Assembly: GCA_003427395.1 (NCBI GenBank)
Contig: BFEA01000046.1
Span: forward strand, 517,279 to 581,278
Source of the DNA: Chara braunii
Taxonomy: Eukaryota; Plantae; Charophyceae
Direction of reading: 5' to 3'
DNA length: 64,000 bases
In this document: one piece after another, positions 1 through 13,600 of the stretch
Layout: each line of letters begins with the position of its first letter
Numbering within the stretch: the stretch's first letter is position 1
The notes under the pieces: model-generated
Told to the model about the DNA's origin: nothing
The model's input: only the letters and a program-made list of their open reading frames with translations
Database searches by the model: none
Program-made: the position numbers and the translations under genes

Positions 1-1621
1 ATTTCGCCATAGCCGTTTCTTTCTAGAATATGTATACAAGTTAGTTGCCTGAAAGGAGTATAAGCATGTCTACCCCAGTTCGTGGCCTTATGGGTATAGC
101 AGGATTTTGGCCGGTAGCGGCCAGATGCATTACCAAGGCCTGGAACTTGGTCCCCTAGGGGAACATCAAGTTTCTCAGCCCTTGATTGCGTTTGAGATCA
201 AGGGTCAAGCCTCACTCCGAATTTTGGCTGGAGGCAAAGCAGCTGCCCTCAGCCTCCAGCCTGTTATAAAACAGCCAGCAGCCAGCCAGCCAACATTCAT
301 TTGTGGCTAGTGCTGCTAGCATTTCGCTTGGGTGAATGCTGGTTGTTGGAGGAGAAGTTGTTGGTGGAGTGAGGAGTTGGTGGAGGTCTGCACGAGAGAG
401 GGGAGGACTGCTGGAGGTGGCCATAGCTGTGAAACACAGCCGTAACCGCCATCTCAGCGAGGGGAAGAAAGAGAAGCGTTGGAGGTCTGCAAAGAGCGCG
501 GGAGTGAGGGTAGCCATAGCTGCCGCTGCACTTGGTGAAACGCAAGGGGGGTGTTGTCCGCTCGGCACGGCAACGACGACACTTTTTGGCAATGGCGCGG
601 AAGCGTTGCCCATTTTTTGCGGCGACGGCAGCCGAGTGTGGTGAGGTGCAAAGAGGAAGTGCTGCCCATTTTTTGCGGCGGCAGCAGTGCGTTCTAGGTG
701 GTGGCGCGGAAGCGCTGCCCGTTTTTTGCGGTGGGGAGGTATTGACACAGGGGAAGTGTCGTCGAAGTGGCGGCGTGTTCTTTTTGAGTTAGTGTTGGCG
801 TTATGCTGTCCGCATAACGAGGCGGCAACACGTTGACGTTGGTGATGGTGTCGCGGTGACGCTAGTGGTGATTGGTGGCAGCATTAACGACAGTGGTGCG
901 TGAGGCTGCCCGGGTTGCCTTGACTGTGAGGGACATTTGTGGCAGCGTGTTCTGGTATTGACGGCGACGACGTGGTGGTGCGGTTGGTGTAACGGCGACG
1001 CTGAGACGCCGTTAGATTATTAGGAGGTGATTGTGTGCTGAGAGGGTATCGCGGGAGACAATCGTTGTAGAGAGTGGTGTGGAACACTTTGCTGACGGCT
1101 CGTTGTGATAGTTTCTCATCTGAAGACGAGAGTTTATATGGTTTTCTTGAGTGAGCCGTACATCAACTTCACTCGAGGTTAGTTATTAACTCAGACCCCT
1201 TCACACCCGTGTGAACCCGCACTTGCTTGACTCTATTCTTTGAATGTTCGCTGAAAAGGTAGGGGAAATGTGTGTTTGCGCGTGTGAATGGAAGTCTGAC
1301 ATGAGTTTGGGACTGCATTGTTTTCCTTTGAACTTGTTGTTCGATTTGATGTGCAGGTAGGTAGAAGGATGCAAAAAAAAAGGGAACCTGACCATGTCAA
1401 TGAAGACGAGAATAGAAGGATGGTTATCTTCTATTTCTCGTTTGTATGCGTGCCGAAAGGACGGAAAACCAGTGGACGACGAGTAGGAATTCGATCACAC
1501 AAAGAAGGATCACACAAAGAAGGAGAAATCAATTGGACATGGATTTTTTTTATAGGGTTACCCGTTGTTCCTCGAATGACCCTCCCTGTCTAGGCACTAC
1601 CTTAGCGGATAGGTTCGCTCC

Positions 1622-1828
1622 ACAAGAAGTGCAAACCTGGGGAAATTGAGATGGGTTGATAGGAAGTATCGACTAGAGCAATGCTTTGAAGATTCTTATG
1701 ATGAAGATGGATACTTCATCATTCGTGGGACGAAAAAAACCATTGTTGTCCAAGAGGACAAAGCAACCAACAAAATTTGGAAGCAGACCCCCGTCCTCGG
1801 CAGGGTAACCAGTGCGTCGGTTGTCTAA
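1622..1828 (+). pseudogene. Isolated fragment resembling the RNA polymerase second-largest subunit (RPB2/RpoB family)
   Basis: Translation EQCFEDSYDEDGYFIIRGTKKTIVVQEDKATNKIW resembles the conserved ExxxDxGGYFIINGxEKVxxxQE block recalled for RPB2/RPC2/archaeal RpoB. Stops follow soon after and no other exons were seen. Confidence 0.55.
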
Positions 1829-2334
1829 ACCGACCGCTAATTTGAATAGTGGTTGCCGTATTACTAGCGGAAGTCATTCATACCAAAGTTAGAAAGATAG
1901 TGAAGTCACCAATAAAGCAATGGTATCCTAACTCTTCTTGAAAGTTGGGAGATGTTTGCGTTTCTTTTCTAGCAGTTAGTATGGGGCGGAATGAAAGAAC
2001 TTGGCAGCGCATCTCATCAATTCGAAAAGTTGTGTCAGCTCAGCCATTTGGCAGGCAGAGTGGAGATATTTTGGTCAGACGCCATTTGAGCGTCGCTATG
2101 CATGTTAGTCATGCTTTTATCCTTTTGTTAATAAGTGATATCTGAAGTCAAGTCAACTCATGTTGGCTTGTCATTGGATGACAAGTCAAGACAACCTTTG
2201 TCGATTTGATATGAACAAGTGGTATGCATGATTGTATTATATATGAATCGATTCAGAAGATAAGTCAACTTACGTTAACTTGAGTCCTCTTCATTTGATA
2301 GTGTTTTGTCTGAGTAACTCTTGATTGTCTTTGA

Positions 2335-2810
2335 AAAAAGGGACTAGGATCACTCGAAGTTTTCCTTACGCTTGGAATATCACGTCCTAGTCGAACGGCG
2401 TACGTTCCAATTCCTGGGAGATTAGCGCCCCAGGGACGGACGACGTTCGGGTCCACTTTGGCGTTTAACCATGCGTACCTATGCTACAGCGAACGAGCAA
2501 ACGCCCTCGACCGGCCTACCTCTGCAATCGCATTATAAAAGCCTTTGCACGTGGGCCGGTAGCTCGGCGGGGATACGCCCCTAAGGGTGGTGACAACCCC
2601 TTAGGGAAGGTAAGATGTGCCCCGCGAGAAGCTATCCTGTCGCAGGGGATCGCGGGATGTACGGTTGGTGCACTCGACCGGAGCGGCGAAGGGTCGGCGC
2701 GGGTTACCGTGTCGCCCCTGAGTTGTCCCTAAAAAGTTGAAAGTCTAAGTTTCTCCTGCGTGACGCGGCCGAAAAGGCCCTCGCTCGTGCGAGGGCCGAT
2801 GCGCTCGACA
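2335..2810 (+). repeat. 3' (U5) end of an LTR; 5' boundary not determined
   Basis: Ends ...GATGCGCTCGACA like the LTR ends at 11797, 28392 and 52840, and is colinear with the reverse complement of 11797-12275. It is followed by pol sequence rather than a PBS, so it is a 3' or solo LTR inserted into another element. Confidence 0.8.
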
Positions 2811-5800
2811 CCGCATCCCACTAGGAGATCAGGTCCAGATGGCTCCTAAGCCGGAAGTGCCTACTGTGACAGTGTCGGGAGTGAGCGTGAAAGCCGAGCG
2901 TGCGGCAACAGTATATCTGGATGGTATGGAGGGTGTGCCTCCAGACAAGTTCTACATTCTAGGTAGTGGGACAATTGAGATTATCCTCAACAACGAGATA
3001 GTTTTCCAGCGAGTTATCGATAATGGCAGTGAAGTCAATCATTAAAGACGAGGAGCTCGCCGTACAGTTAGGGATGGATCTAGATAGGTCCTTCCTATTT
3101 GAGATAGAGACAACTGACGAAAGGAAACAAAAGATTTTCGGAGTCTGTCACAAGGCGACCATTGAGGTCGAGGGGTTGCGCACGCTGATGCCTATCTTCG
3201 CGGTCAAGGGCTGCAACTCAGAGCTACTATTAGGGCGAAAGTGGTTAAGCCATGTGCACGCAGTCACGATAGAACGACCGGATGGGAGTCAGATGCTCTC
3301 CATTAAGCGTCCTCATGGCGGTCGGATTATGATTGAGATAGTAGAGCCTCAAGATCCGAGGAATGGGACGGCCCTAGCGGTTGCTGGCACACGTGGGGCG
3401 CACAAGTCGACCTCGTTTTCTAGTCGCTCATTGCGATTTCGCGAGAAGAATTATGGGACCCTACTTACAGATGAAGAAGGGCGAATAGTGGAAGTGGAAG
3501 ACTTAGGGAATTGTGTGATTGTGGATGGGAATTCTTACCCAAAGAGAGAGGATGAAGAGTTCAGAGGGATGGATTTCTGTGTCTTTTTAAAGGGCAGATC
3601 CCCCTACGGGGGGCGACCAAAGAAACATAAGCGAGTAGCACAAAAAGTAAAGCCGACGGCCGTGGTCCGAGGGCGATGGATACTAGAGGGAATATCTGAG
3701 GAAGAGATCGCGAGCGAAACTAAAGAAAGGAAGAAGAGAGAGCCGCAACACTTAACATAAGAAAGGATAGCGGAGATGGACATAGGAGATGAAAAATGAC
3801 TGAACAAGAAAACTAGCGGGTGCTAAAAGTCCTTAAGACTTGCGATAAAGCTATAGCTTTTAGCGATGCGAAAAGAGGAAGGATTGATCCTAGGTACGCC
3901 AAACTTGTTAGGATCTATACAATTCCGCACACTCCGTGGAATGATGCAGGGTGGAAGTTCGCTCAGAAAGAAAAGGAAGAGGTAAATTACCTTTCTGAAA
4001 GAAAAGATGGCTTTTCACGTGGCTGAGCCATCCGAGAGTGCCTATGCGAATAGATGGTTATTCTTATGAAAACCGAACGGGAAGATCCGGTGGATTCAGG
4101 ATCTCCAAAACGTAAATGCCGTCACCATCCGCGATGTCGGGTCCATCCCCCGCGCAGATCTGTTGGCGGAGGGAGCAGCAAGCAGATCGATCTGTTCTGT
4201 CTGCGATTTATTTTCTGGTTACGACGAGATACCCTTGGACCCTAGAGACATACACCTCACTGCCATGCACACACCGCTCGGGTTAGTACAAATGATGGTG
4301 GCACCTATGGGATGGATAAACGGGGTTGCCGTATTTTAGAGAGCTATGGTAGCAGCCATGAAAGACTTCATTCCAGATAAGGTGGAAGTTTTTCTAGACG
4401 ACTTTTCGATTAAAGGACCGGTGGAGAAGGACGAGACGGAGGTGGCTCCGGGCGTCAGAAGGTTTGTGGAGCAGCACTTGAGGATATTTACGTGGTTCTA
4501 GAGCAGCTGGATGACACTAATCTGACGGTTAGTGGAACAAAGAGCCGGTTTTTTCGATTAAGATTCTAGGGTTTATTTGCGACGTGAGAGGGCGACGAGC
4601 AGATCCTGCAAAGCTAGATAAGCTTTTAAACTGACTGTCACCACTGCATAGCGCGACTGAGGTTCGTCAGTTTTTGGGAGTCGTGGGATATTGGCGGATC
4701 TTTATACGAGGGTACGCGGAGAAAGTTGAACCACTGAGGCTTCTCCTTCGTAAGAGCGAACGGTTCTACTAGGATTCCTCGCAAGAAACAACCATGTTTG
4801 CACTTAAGGAGGAATTAAAGGAAGAAGGGCGTATCCTAGGGGTACCGTTCTTCGATGATGAGGCGAACAAACCTTTCATAGTGTCTACAGATGTTGGGTC
4901 GTGTTCGATCGAAGGACTGCTTTCTCAGAAGGACGCTGAAGGAAAGGAGAGACCGTTGAGATTCGAGAGCCGGACTCTTAATATCGTGGAGCGCAATTAA
5001 AGTCAGTTTAAGAAGGAGGTGTTAGCAGTTCTCCGTTCCTTAGACGCATTCAGACACTGCATATATGGGAGACGATTTATCTTACGAGTAGATCGTACTG
5101 CAGTTGCCTCGGTTGCACAAAAGGATTTCAGCCTGATAGATCCTACTATCGCGCGATGGCTGATTAGGATCCGACTCTTTGACTATACAGTCGAGAGGAT
5201 TTCCGGGACTAAGAATGCAGTCGCCGATGGACTGTCCCAGATTCCGGTTGACTCTGAGCAACCGATAGTCACGGCGATACTAACCATAGTTGAGCCAAAA
5301 TGAGCGGATCGGTTCCTAGTTAACCTCTATGAAGGGAAGCATCGGACGATTGGATTGCACTTGTGAGGTGAGGAGAGTTTAGATATGGAGATAACGAGAC
5401 AGGCAACTCAATTTTGTCTTTGATCGAGACATTTATTCCGAAGGCCTACTGGGTCTCGTATGCCTCTACGCGTGGTCTGCGATCCTGAAGAAAAACAATC
5501 TATAGTAGCGGAACTCCATGACGGCGTAGTTGGTGGACATGAGGAGTGAAAGGTACGTATGAGAAGGTACGCAGGCTATACTGGTGGGAGGAGAGTACAA
5601 GGGCATTGAGAGGTACTGCATGACCTGCGAGGAGTGCCAAAAGAGAGCTCTCGTAACATACAAAGAGCCTCTTCACCCATCCTACCCTACCAGGCCAGGA
5701 GAGAAGGTACATATTGACTTAGTGAAAATGTCGAAAGGGGTAGGAAATATAAACTACGTGGTGAACATTAGGGATGATTTCACAGGCTTTGTGGACGGTA

Positions 5801-6687
5801 AGTCCATCAGGACAAAGTCGGCTAAAGAAGTCTAGAACTTTGTCCTAGAATACTTGTCTAGATATGGGTGTGTTAGTCGGATTGTGATGGATAGAGGAGC
5901 AAAGGTCCTGACAAACAAAGTTCAAAATGTGTTCAAGAAGGCAGGAGCTAGGGTCTCGATAGCCACTGCCTATCACCCTCAGTCCAACTCACCCGTAGAA
6001 CGAGGTCATCAATCTTTGATAGCATTGTTGTCCAAGTGGTGTAGGGGGAGAGACAATGACTGGCCGCGATACTTTCGATATGCGATATGGGCGGACAATG
6101 TCACAGTCTGAGCTAGTATGGGATACCCTCCCTACACCTTATGGTTTGGGAGGCATTGCCATCTGCCCATAGAGTTTCATGTGGACAGTTGGACTACTGT
6201 CGACTGGGTGGACAACATGTTGTGAGAAAAGTTTTTGGCCGCTCGAACGAGACAGATAACCTACGGGTTAGAAGATAATCTTATGACAACCGCTGATCGG
6301 CTGGCAGCGGAGAGAGAGAAAGGAAAGGAGAGATGGGATAAGAACATCAAGATTAGGAGAGGTAAGATAGGTGTGGGCGATATGGTGCTTCTTTACGACG
6401 CTGCTCTAGAAAGGACGTGGTCGGGAAAACTGGCGAACAGATGGATGGGGCCTTATCACGTGGTCGGAGCGCTCGACTGGGGAGCCTATATGATAGCTGA
6501 ATTGGACGGATCTAAGTGGAGGGATCCAGTGGTTGGGGCCAGGCTGAAGCTGTTTAGACAAAGGAGACCTTCCACCCCTACACCAACACTATCCTCTCCC
6601 AAGGGAAAGAGGAAGGCAAAGGTGACAGACGAATTGCCATCGAGGCACTTTGAGAGTGGAGAGAGTTCAAGGAAGAGGAGAGGGTAG
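2811..6687 (+). pseudogene. Degenerate Ty3/gypsy pol (protease, RT, RNase H, integrase)
   Basis: Protease VIDNGSEVN...ELLLGRKWL; RT DLFSGYDE...HTPLGL...VFLDD; RNase H FIVSTD...LSQKDAEGKERPLRFESRTL; integrase zinc-finger remnant (LHDG...GH...CEEC), VHIDLV, MDRG, HPQSNSPVERGH, WMGPY. Gypsy domain order with many stops and frameshifts. Confidence 0.95.
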
Positions 6688-9600
6688 AGACCGGACTGAC
6701 TTTAGGAAAGAAAAGGAAATGGCTTTTTGTACTCAAAGGCCGAAACGGAGGGTCCGCATCAGACATGGTAGTGCGTTGAAATCACTTCCAGCTCAACGAA
6801 GAAAGAAACAGAAAAATGTTCCTTTACCTATACCTAGGTGGCACAAATATGGGAGGGGTAAGAAGCATCTTCTCACTCCCAGGATTCCCGAAAAACCTAA
6901 ACATAAAGCGGTTAAGTGTCGACACGGGCGACACATACGACCGGTCACTTTGAAACTTGTACGTTTCCCCTGACTGATATGTCTGGCGGCCGTAGACCAG
7001 TCGGCCACCCGAAATGGAAGGAATTCGTCCCCAAACCCAACACCCAGTTAAGATTCTCCGGGTACTCTTGTAAGGGCTGTCGGTAAAAATTAGGGGCCCT
7101 AAGATGAACCCGAAAATCCCCTGCGTCGACCGTAAGAACTAACCCTTGAATCTAATAAGTTGAATAACCGCCCTTTCCGTGCCTGGCACCTATCTATTTC
7201 ATCTCTTCGGAGGCTGTCTCTAAGTCCGTCGGTCATGGAGCAAGGGTATGCTAGTAACCCTTCACGCGACACTTTCACGCTGACCAATTGACAGGGGAGT
7301 GAGGCCTCGATTTTCATTTAATATAATAAAGAAATTAAAAATGAGTAAAAGAATTAAAAATGTTAGAAAGGGAAGGGAACGGACGATTATTTTATTATTT
7401 GACTAACTAATTTTCACAAAACTCTGCTCTTGATGAATTTTAGCCAAGAATTATTTATTTATCCCCCTTCATCGATTTAAACGGGTTTTTGTTATTTGTA
7501 ATCCTTCGCAGGATTTTACCCGATTTTTCTGATTGTTACCCTCATTATAAACCGGCCGATATTGAGTGAGCGGGGCTTGTATCTTCCTGGAATCCCACGA
7601 ACTTTGATAACGTCGGTTAGTGGGTTGGCTGGACCGTTTTTTTGGTTACAGCGGCATGGTTGATATGGTGCGGTCATTGCTGCTACGCAACACTATTGTT
7701 TTGGTGTGGACGCTGGTTTGGAACAAGCACGGTACACTGGTTTGGACAAGCCATGGTACATTGGTCCGACACAGGTATGGTACAGGGACTGTTTGGCATG
7801 GTTACTTCTTGACACAGCACTGTAGTCCGTCTCGGAACTACTGTTGGGCATTCCCATCCGATGTTTGGCTCCACGGGAACTTGGCCGCGGTGATATGGTT
7901 TCTGGTCTGCTACTCGTCTGGTATGGTCACTGGTTTGGCCTGTTACGGCTCGAGGAGGTCCAGAGCTATTACTTCCAGTGCACTTGCAGATTTGGAACTG
8001 GTACGGGTCACTGCCAATCGATGTCATGATTCCTTGGTGCAACACTTGGTGCGGAGCAGCACGCTCAGGTGGAAGGCCAATGGTTCCTGACTCACGGGGC
8101 TTGGGTCCAGGATAGTCGGTCCGGGACAAACGGGCCGAAACTATTGGTACGAACGATGGGGAGGATCGGTGGGCCTGTAACCGTCAGTACCACCACTGGT
8201 ACCGGTTTTGCGAGCATTGTGTTTGGGCCTGAGGGCTAGTGAGTTGGCGGGGGGAAGGCCACACGTGTGAGATATAGGGGAGATCAGCTGAAGATTAGGG
8301 GGCAATTTCGGAAGGGGGGAAATTCAGTTAGCGTGCTAGGGGTACACAACTCGCAGCAGATCCGACTGGTCGGGGTTTGTACCCTATGGGATGATTGAGT
8401 GGGAGACGAGGGTGCCCCAGGCGTACTCAGTTCACAGTTGAGTGCGCTTGGAACGCACCCATGTGGGGCCAGTGAGTGAGGAAAAAGGGAGGGAGAAATG
8501 TGCATGGTGTTCGCAGCAATCTTGAGCAGGGTTCTGTTCGTGGATGTGAGTTACACACGCTGCGATTAAGTGATTCGGACGGGGACACTTAATCGACCTC
8601 GGGATCATTGAATCGGGCTTTCAAAGGACCAATTCGCAGTGTGCAAACAGGCAGACTTCTCTCTGCGTGGACCAGCGTCCCAATGAGCGCGAGAGCCAGT
8701 GAGGTGATGAAGAGAGAATGCGAAGGTAGAGAGAGGGTTAGTAAGAGAGAGAAAGAGGAGTGTGAGGGGGGTGTGAGCGAACGCGAAGGAAGAAGAGACC
8801 GTGCGAGTAAATTAAAGACAAAGAGAGTGTGTCGTGTGTTCGTAGGAAGAGAGAGAGAGAAGGAGGGAGAGAGAGAGGGACAAAGGAAAAGATAAAGAAG
8901 GAGAGAGAAAAAAAAAGAGAGGAGTTGAGAGGCGCAGGCTCATTTGAGAAACGGAGATCACTTTGTGGGACTGACACAGAGCGAGAATCGGCGTACTCGG
9001 GGTAAGATCATGCTCAGACAATATTGAAAGTGAATCCTCAGAGAGGGATCAGCGGGACGAGATTGATACGTGATTGCTAGAGAGGGACCACCTGCAGTGT
9101 GGGACGTCAAGGCTCATGTGTCATTTCCTGTCAAAGCCAGGGTCTAACCGTGAGTGTGAACAGGCACACTGATCAATGAAATGTCGAGTTGGGGGGGGGC
9201 GTTGGCTTAGCCTTGAATCTGTTTCTGCAGCGCGCTCGAGCTTTTGCGTGAGAGTAGAGGGAGATAAGGGACAAAGAAGGTGCACTCTTTAATGCCGCTC
9301 GCCTGAACGCGATCAGGGTAACAAGCCCTGGAGAAACCCTTCTCATTAGAGAGTAACGCGAAGGAAAATGAAAGTCGATGTCAGTGAGACGTAATCCACT
9401 CACAATTGAGGCCGGTTCAGCAGGGGAAAACTAAAGTAAGACCTGCGGAAAGACTGTGTACCTACCATTACTCAGCGAGGACCCCTCACACCATGAAGAA
9501 GTGATCTTAGGGGCTGCCAACTTGTGATAACTGGGGCAAAAAGAGCTTGTGAACTGCAACAGTCACAGAGCGAGCCCGTGAGATTCGAGCAGCGCAGCAA

Positions 9601-10035
9601 GGACAGACTAGAAAGTCTAGAAGGATCTGTGAGTAACTTCAAAAAGGGGACATGATTGTGAGCTCGTTTCTTGCCATCAACATTGAGATCTGAAAGGTAT
9701 TTAGTTGGTTATTTGATGATTAATATTTCCTCTATTTCTCTATTATTTTTTATTTTATTTTTATATATAGATGAGTAGATCGGTGACAAATTCTAGCGTG
9801 GACTTCGAACTTGGCATATTGCGATCTCCAACTCGAATGGTACGGTATAGAAAGCGTAGTGTATTCTAATGTTATGAAAATCGATCACATCCATCAAGTC
9901 TCAGGAGCCAAGGGCCAATCAACAACCAAACTGAAACTCCAATTGAGTTCATGCGCAAGTGACTACTTGTCCAAATCCGAGAGATATGAATGATCTCATC
10001 TTCAGTGACACTGTGGAGACTAAGGGAAGGGGAAT

Positions 10036-10670
10036 GAAGAGTTTCTCGCATCAAAACCCCTGCGGTTAATTTTCACGTCTGGGTTAAAGCTCACAAGCAT
10101 TTTGGATGGACGCGTCTGGGTTAAAGCTCACAAGCATTTTGGATGGAGGTGGCTGATTGGGAAAATTGACAATAATAGTGCAATCATCTAGAATCTGCTC
10201 TGACCGGAAAACATCAGAAGTGATTGTCGGTGATTGTGTTGTGAGGACACTTCCTGACGAAAGTGTTATTGTGTTCCCTCCTTTCCTTGGAAGAAGTGTA
10301 AATGTTCAGCCCTGGCTTGATGGACCTTCTCGATTGGACTGAACTTCATTGGACATCGACTACTGGGGCTTGGAGGTGGCTGATTGGGAAAGAAGAGTTT
10401 TTCGCATCAAAACCACTGCGGTGAATTTTCACAAGCATTTTGGATGGAGGTGGCTGATTGGGAAAATTGACAATAATAGTGCAATCATCTAGAATCTGCT
10501 CTGACCGGAAAACATCAGAAGTGATTGTCGGTGATTGTGTTGTGAGGACACTTCCTGACAAAAGTGTTATTGTGTTCCCTCCTTTCCTTGGAAGAACTGT
10601 AAATGTTCAGCCCTGGCTTGATGGACCTTCTCGACTAGAGTGAACTTCATTGGACATCGACTACTGGGGG
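10036..10670. repeat. Local tandem duplication, about 301-bp offset
   Basis: The ORFs at 10157 and 10458 are nearly identical. There is also a small internal duplication CGTCTGGGTTAAAGCTCACAAGCATTTTGGATGGA at 10076-10147. Confidence 0.9.
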
Positions 10671-13600
10671 TTAGTTGGAAAGGGCTGATTTGAGAGGCTA
10701 AGATTTCGGAAAACTCGCGTGGGAGCGCTGGCCGGGGGAGAGTTGGCTCGAGAGTCTAGCGGGTTGCTCTGTTCGCTATGCTGCTTGAGTGGGACAATAT
10801 GAATACATGTTTTATTTGTTTATTAATATTGACGATAATGTTCCCTTGAATGAAGGCGTTGCAGTCTAAAGAGGTAACTACCCTAAGTAAAGGCAGGGTC
10901 GGATGGGATCTTTCTTTGCCAATTTAAATTCGTTGCCCGAGTTATAGCAGCTTTGGTCGGGCAAACGACCATCAGTTTCGGCTGTAACCTAGACATATGA
11001 GGGTTCTATTCTTTTACTGGGAAATTCAATTAAATTCGGTTCGAATATTATTCTTATTCTTGAGACTGCAGCTGACGATCTGTCCAGTATCCAAAGCTTA
11101 CTGATAAAAGATGTAAGCCAGCAAGTAATGAACGAAATGAGTGTGTTTTACCTATGATCTGCCTTCAGGTAGGAGAGAACCTGTGGCCTAGTACAGCTCC
11201 GCTCTCAAATCTGTGAGCCATGCTTTTGGTATTAGATTTAAATTATTTTTTTTTTGCTTTTAATGCTCAGCAGAGACCGTTGAAACAAAGTACTCGGTAG
11301 AAGTGAGACAGGCAAGTCCAAACCCCCATTTCCTGCTGGTCGCTGAGGACCTCCTAAGCGGGCGCAGCGAGTGACAGACGTTGTTGCCCTTAGCTTCAAC
11401 AAACAATAGGCAACCCCTCCCCGGGTTTCCTCACACCGGGCCGGTTCTATCGGCCAGTGGACCGCGTCGGTTCCCCCCCGGTTGCAATTTGCACAATTTG
11501 ATTGTGAGAGAGGTTTGAATTTTTTTGGGGGCAAGAGGCCTCCATGTGGGTCGTGGAGACCTCCCGGCCCCACAAAAAAGTTGAACTAGGTCCAGTAGGC
11601 CCGCTAGAATATTAAAAAACTGGCGGCCTATCTGGACCGTCGATCTGGTGATATCCGCGGCCCAGATAGGCCGCCCGTAATTGAACATTTGGGCGGGAAA
11701 CCACCCAAACATCGGTCTGCCATCCATACGTTTCCGAACCACCACCCCCACCATCCCGCCTCCTGCCTCCAGCTGCTTCCCAACAGCTCAACCCGTTGTC
11801 GAGCGCACGGTCCTCGCTGGGGGAACCTTCCTGGCCGCGTCACGCAGGATTGGCAAAATTCGCATGTCGCTTCACAAAAAGTGAAGCGGCGGAGCCGCTC
11901 CGACTGAGTGCGCCAGCTATACCTCCATCGAGTCCCTACGATAGGACAGGGTCTCGTGAGGTACAACTTACGTCCACCCGCGGGAACTGTCACCATCCCT
12001 TGGGTGGGCGTATCCCCGCCGAGCTACTGAACCACACGTGAAAGTTTTTACTTGCAATCGCGGAGGTGGCCCAGTCGAGGGCCTTTCTCGTATGTTGTAG
12101 CATGGGGGGTACGTGCGGTCCACTCCTAGCTCGGACCCGTACGCGAACCGTCTCGCTGGGGTGCTGATCTCCCACGTGCGGTCCAACGACGGTCGACTAG
12201 GATATCCTAACTCAACCACGGGATACGCAACAAAGCAATCTAACTCAGACAAACAGGTAAGCCTAGTCCCTTTTTCATACGTCCTGACCCATATCTCAAA
12301 AAAAATCTTTGTGTCCGAGCGAGACCCACACGAAGTTGCATAAAAAGAATGCAACCGTCAAGGGAATCATAATGCTCAGTCATGTGTACTAAGTTGATCT
12401 GCTATCATGGCGACGCTTCATGCGTTATCCACATACGCGCACCCTCTCTTGGGTTTCGGGGTTGCGTACGACACTCAGGTGTCGAAAGCAAAATATCGTG
12501 AAGGGTTCAACCTTCACGATATTGCACGGCTGAAGGATAAGTCGTGCGGCCCTTGCAGCGCCCCTATCTTTTGCGCAGTGGGTGACGATAAGCAAGAGGC
12601 GTAGACCCAACTCAAGGGGGAAACCGTTTTGTGTTGGACCAGAGTCTGGAGTGTCCTGGACAAGGATCTCGAATTCAAAGCTCGGGACCAACGTCTGACT
12701 AATACTTTAGAAAGCAAACCCCCTTTGAGATGGGATTCGCTCGTCCCTCCCCTGAGGGAAGAAAAATAAGAGTACTTGCGAGTTGGCGAGCAATTCCCCA
12801 TACCCAAACTAAGTCTCGGTCTGAGCAAATGTCGAGCGCTAAACCTTGCGCTGGGCTTCTCCTGCCTGTTCACTAGATGCGTGCGGCAAGAGCAAAATAA
12901 GAAAAAGAAAAGGGCAAGTCTCGGGGGAAATCAGGGAGAGTCATTCTCACAGCCGCAGTTGAACCTTGTCACTCACACCCTGCAGTCATTCATCCATATC
13001 ACTCTCAAATCCAGGAGCGAGTCCTTGCTCTCATACATACCTGCACATACATGAAACCCAAAGAAAATTCATATCCAAATGCCACAAAATGTGGTCAACC
13101 CCTTTGCTCCCAGGTTCATGTCTCACACGCCCCTTTCCGACCCCCACTCGACAAAGGTATGCCCGTCCTGTCCATTTCACACAACTTTTGCATGGCCATT
13201 CAAGAGTGGTTTAGAGAGTAGGAACTTTATTTGCACAAAAATGCCTTTCGCCTACGGGGTCACAGACATCTGGGCGTGGGTATCACGGAGGGTAGGAGTT
13301 TAGCCGCAAACCGACCTGCTAATAATATGATAGTAGAAGTTGAAGAATCTCAAGAATTCGAAGAACACTCGCATGTAGCAATGATCTGCATCACAAAGAT
13401 CAAGACAAGCATCGCCGAGGTAACGAAGTTCAACTCCATATTGCACTCTAAGCTACTTAGCAGTAGCGTCAGGCAACGATGTGGAAATCCCGAAAATTTT
13501 GGCAGCACTTCCTTCAGGGAAGTATGTGCGAAGAATATTTACTATACTAAAACTCAAAAGAAAACCTGTATCTCTGAAAATATCTGACAATAAACTAACT

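Noticed and set aside
107-1100. Overlapping ORFs and ~58-bp imperfect repeats (GGAAGCGYTGCCC.TTTTTTGCGG)
   Set aside because: Low-complexity TE-like DNA with no coherent coding signal; too few repeat units to interpret.
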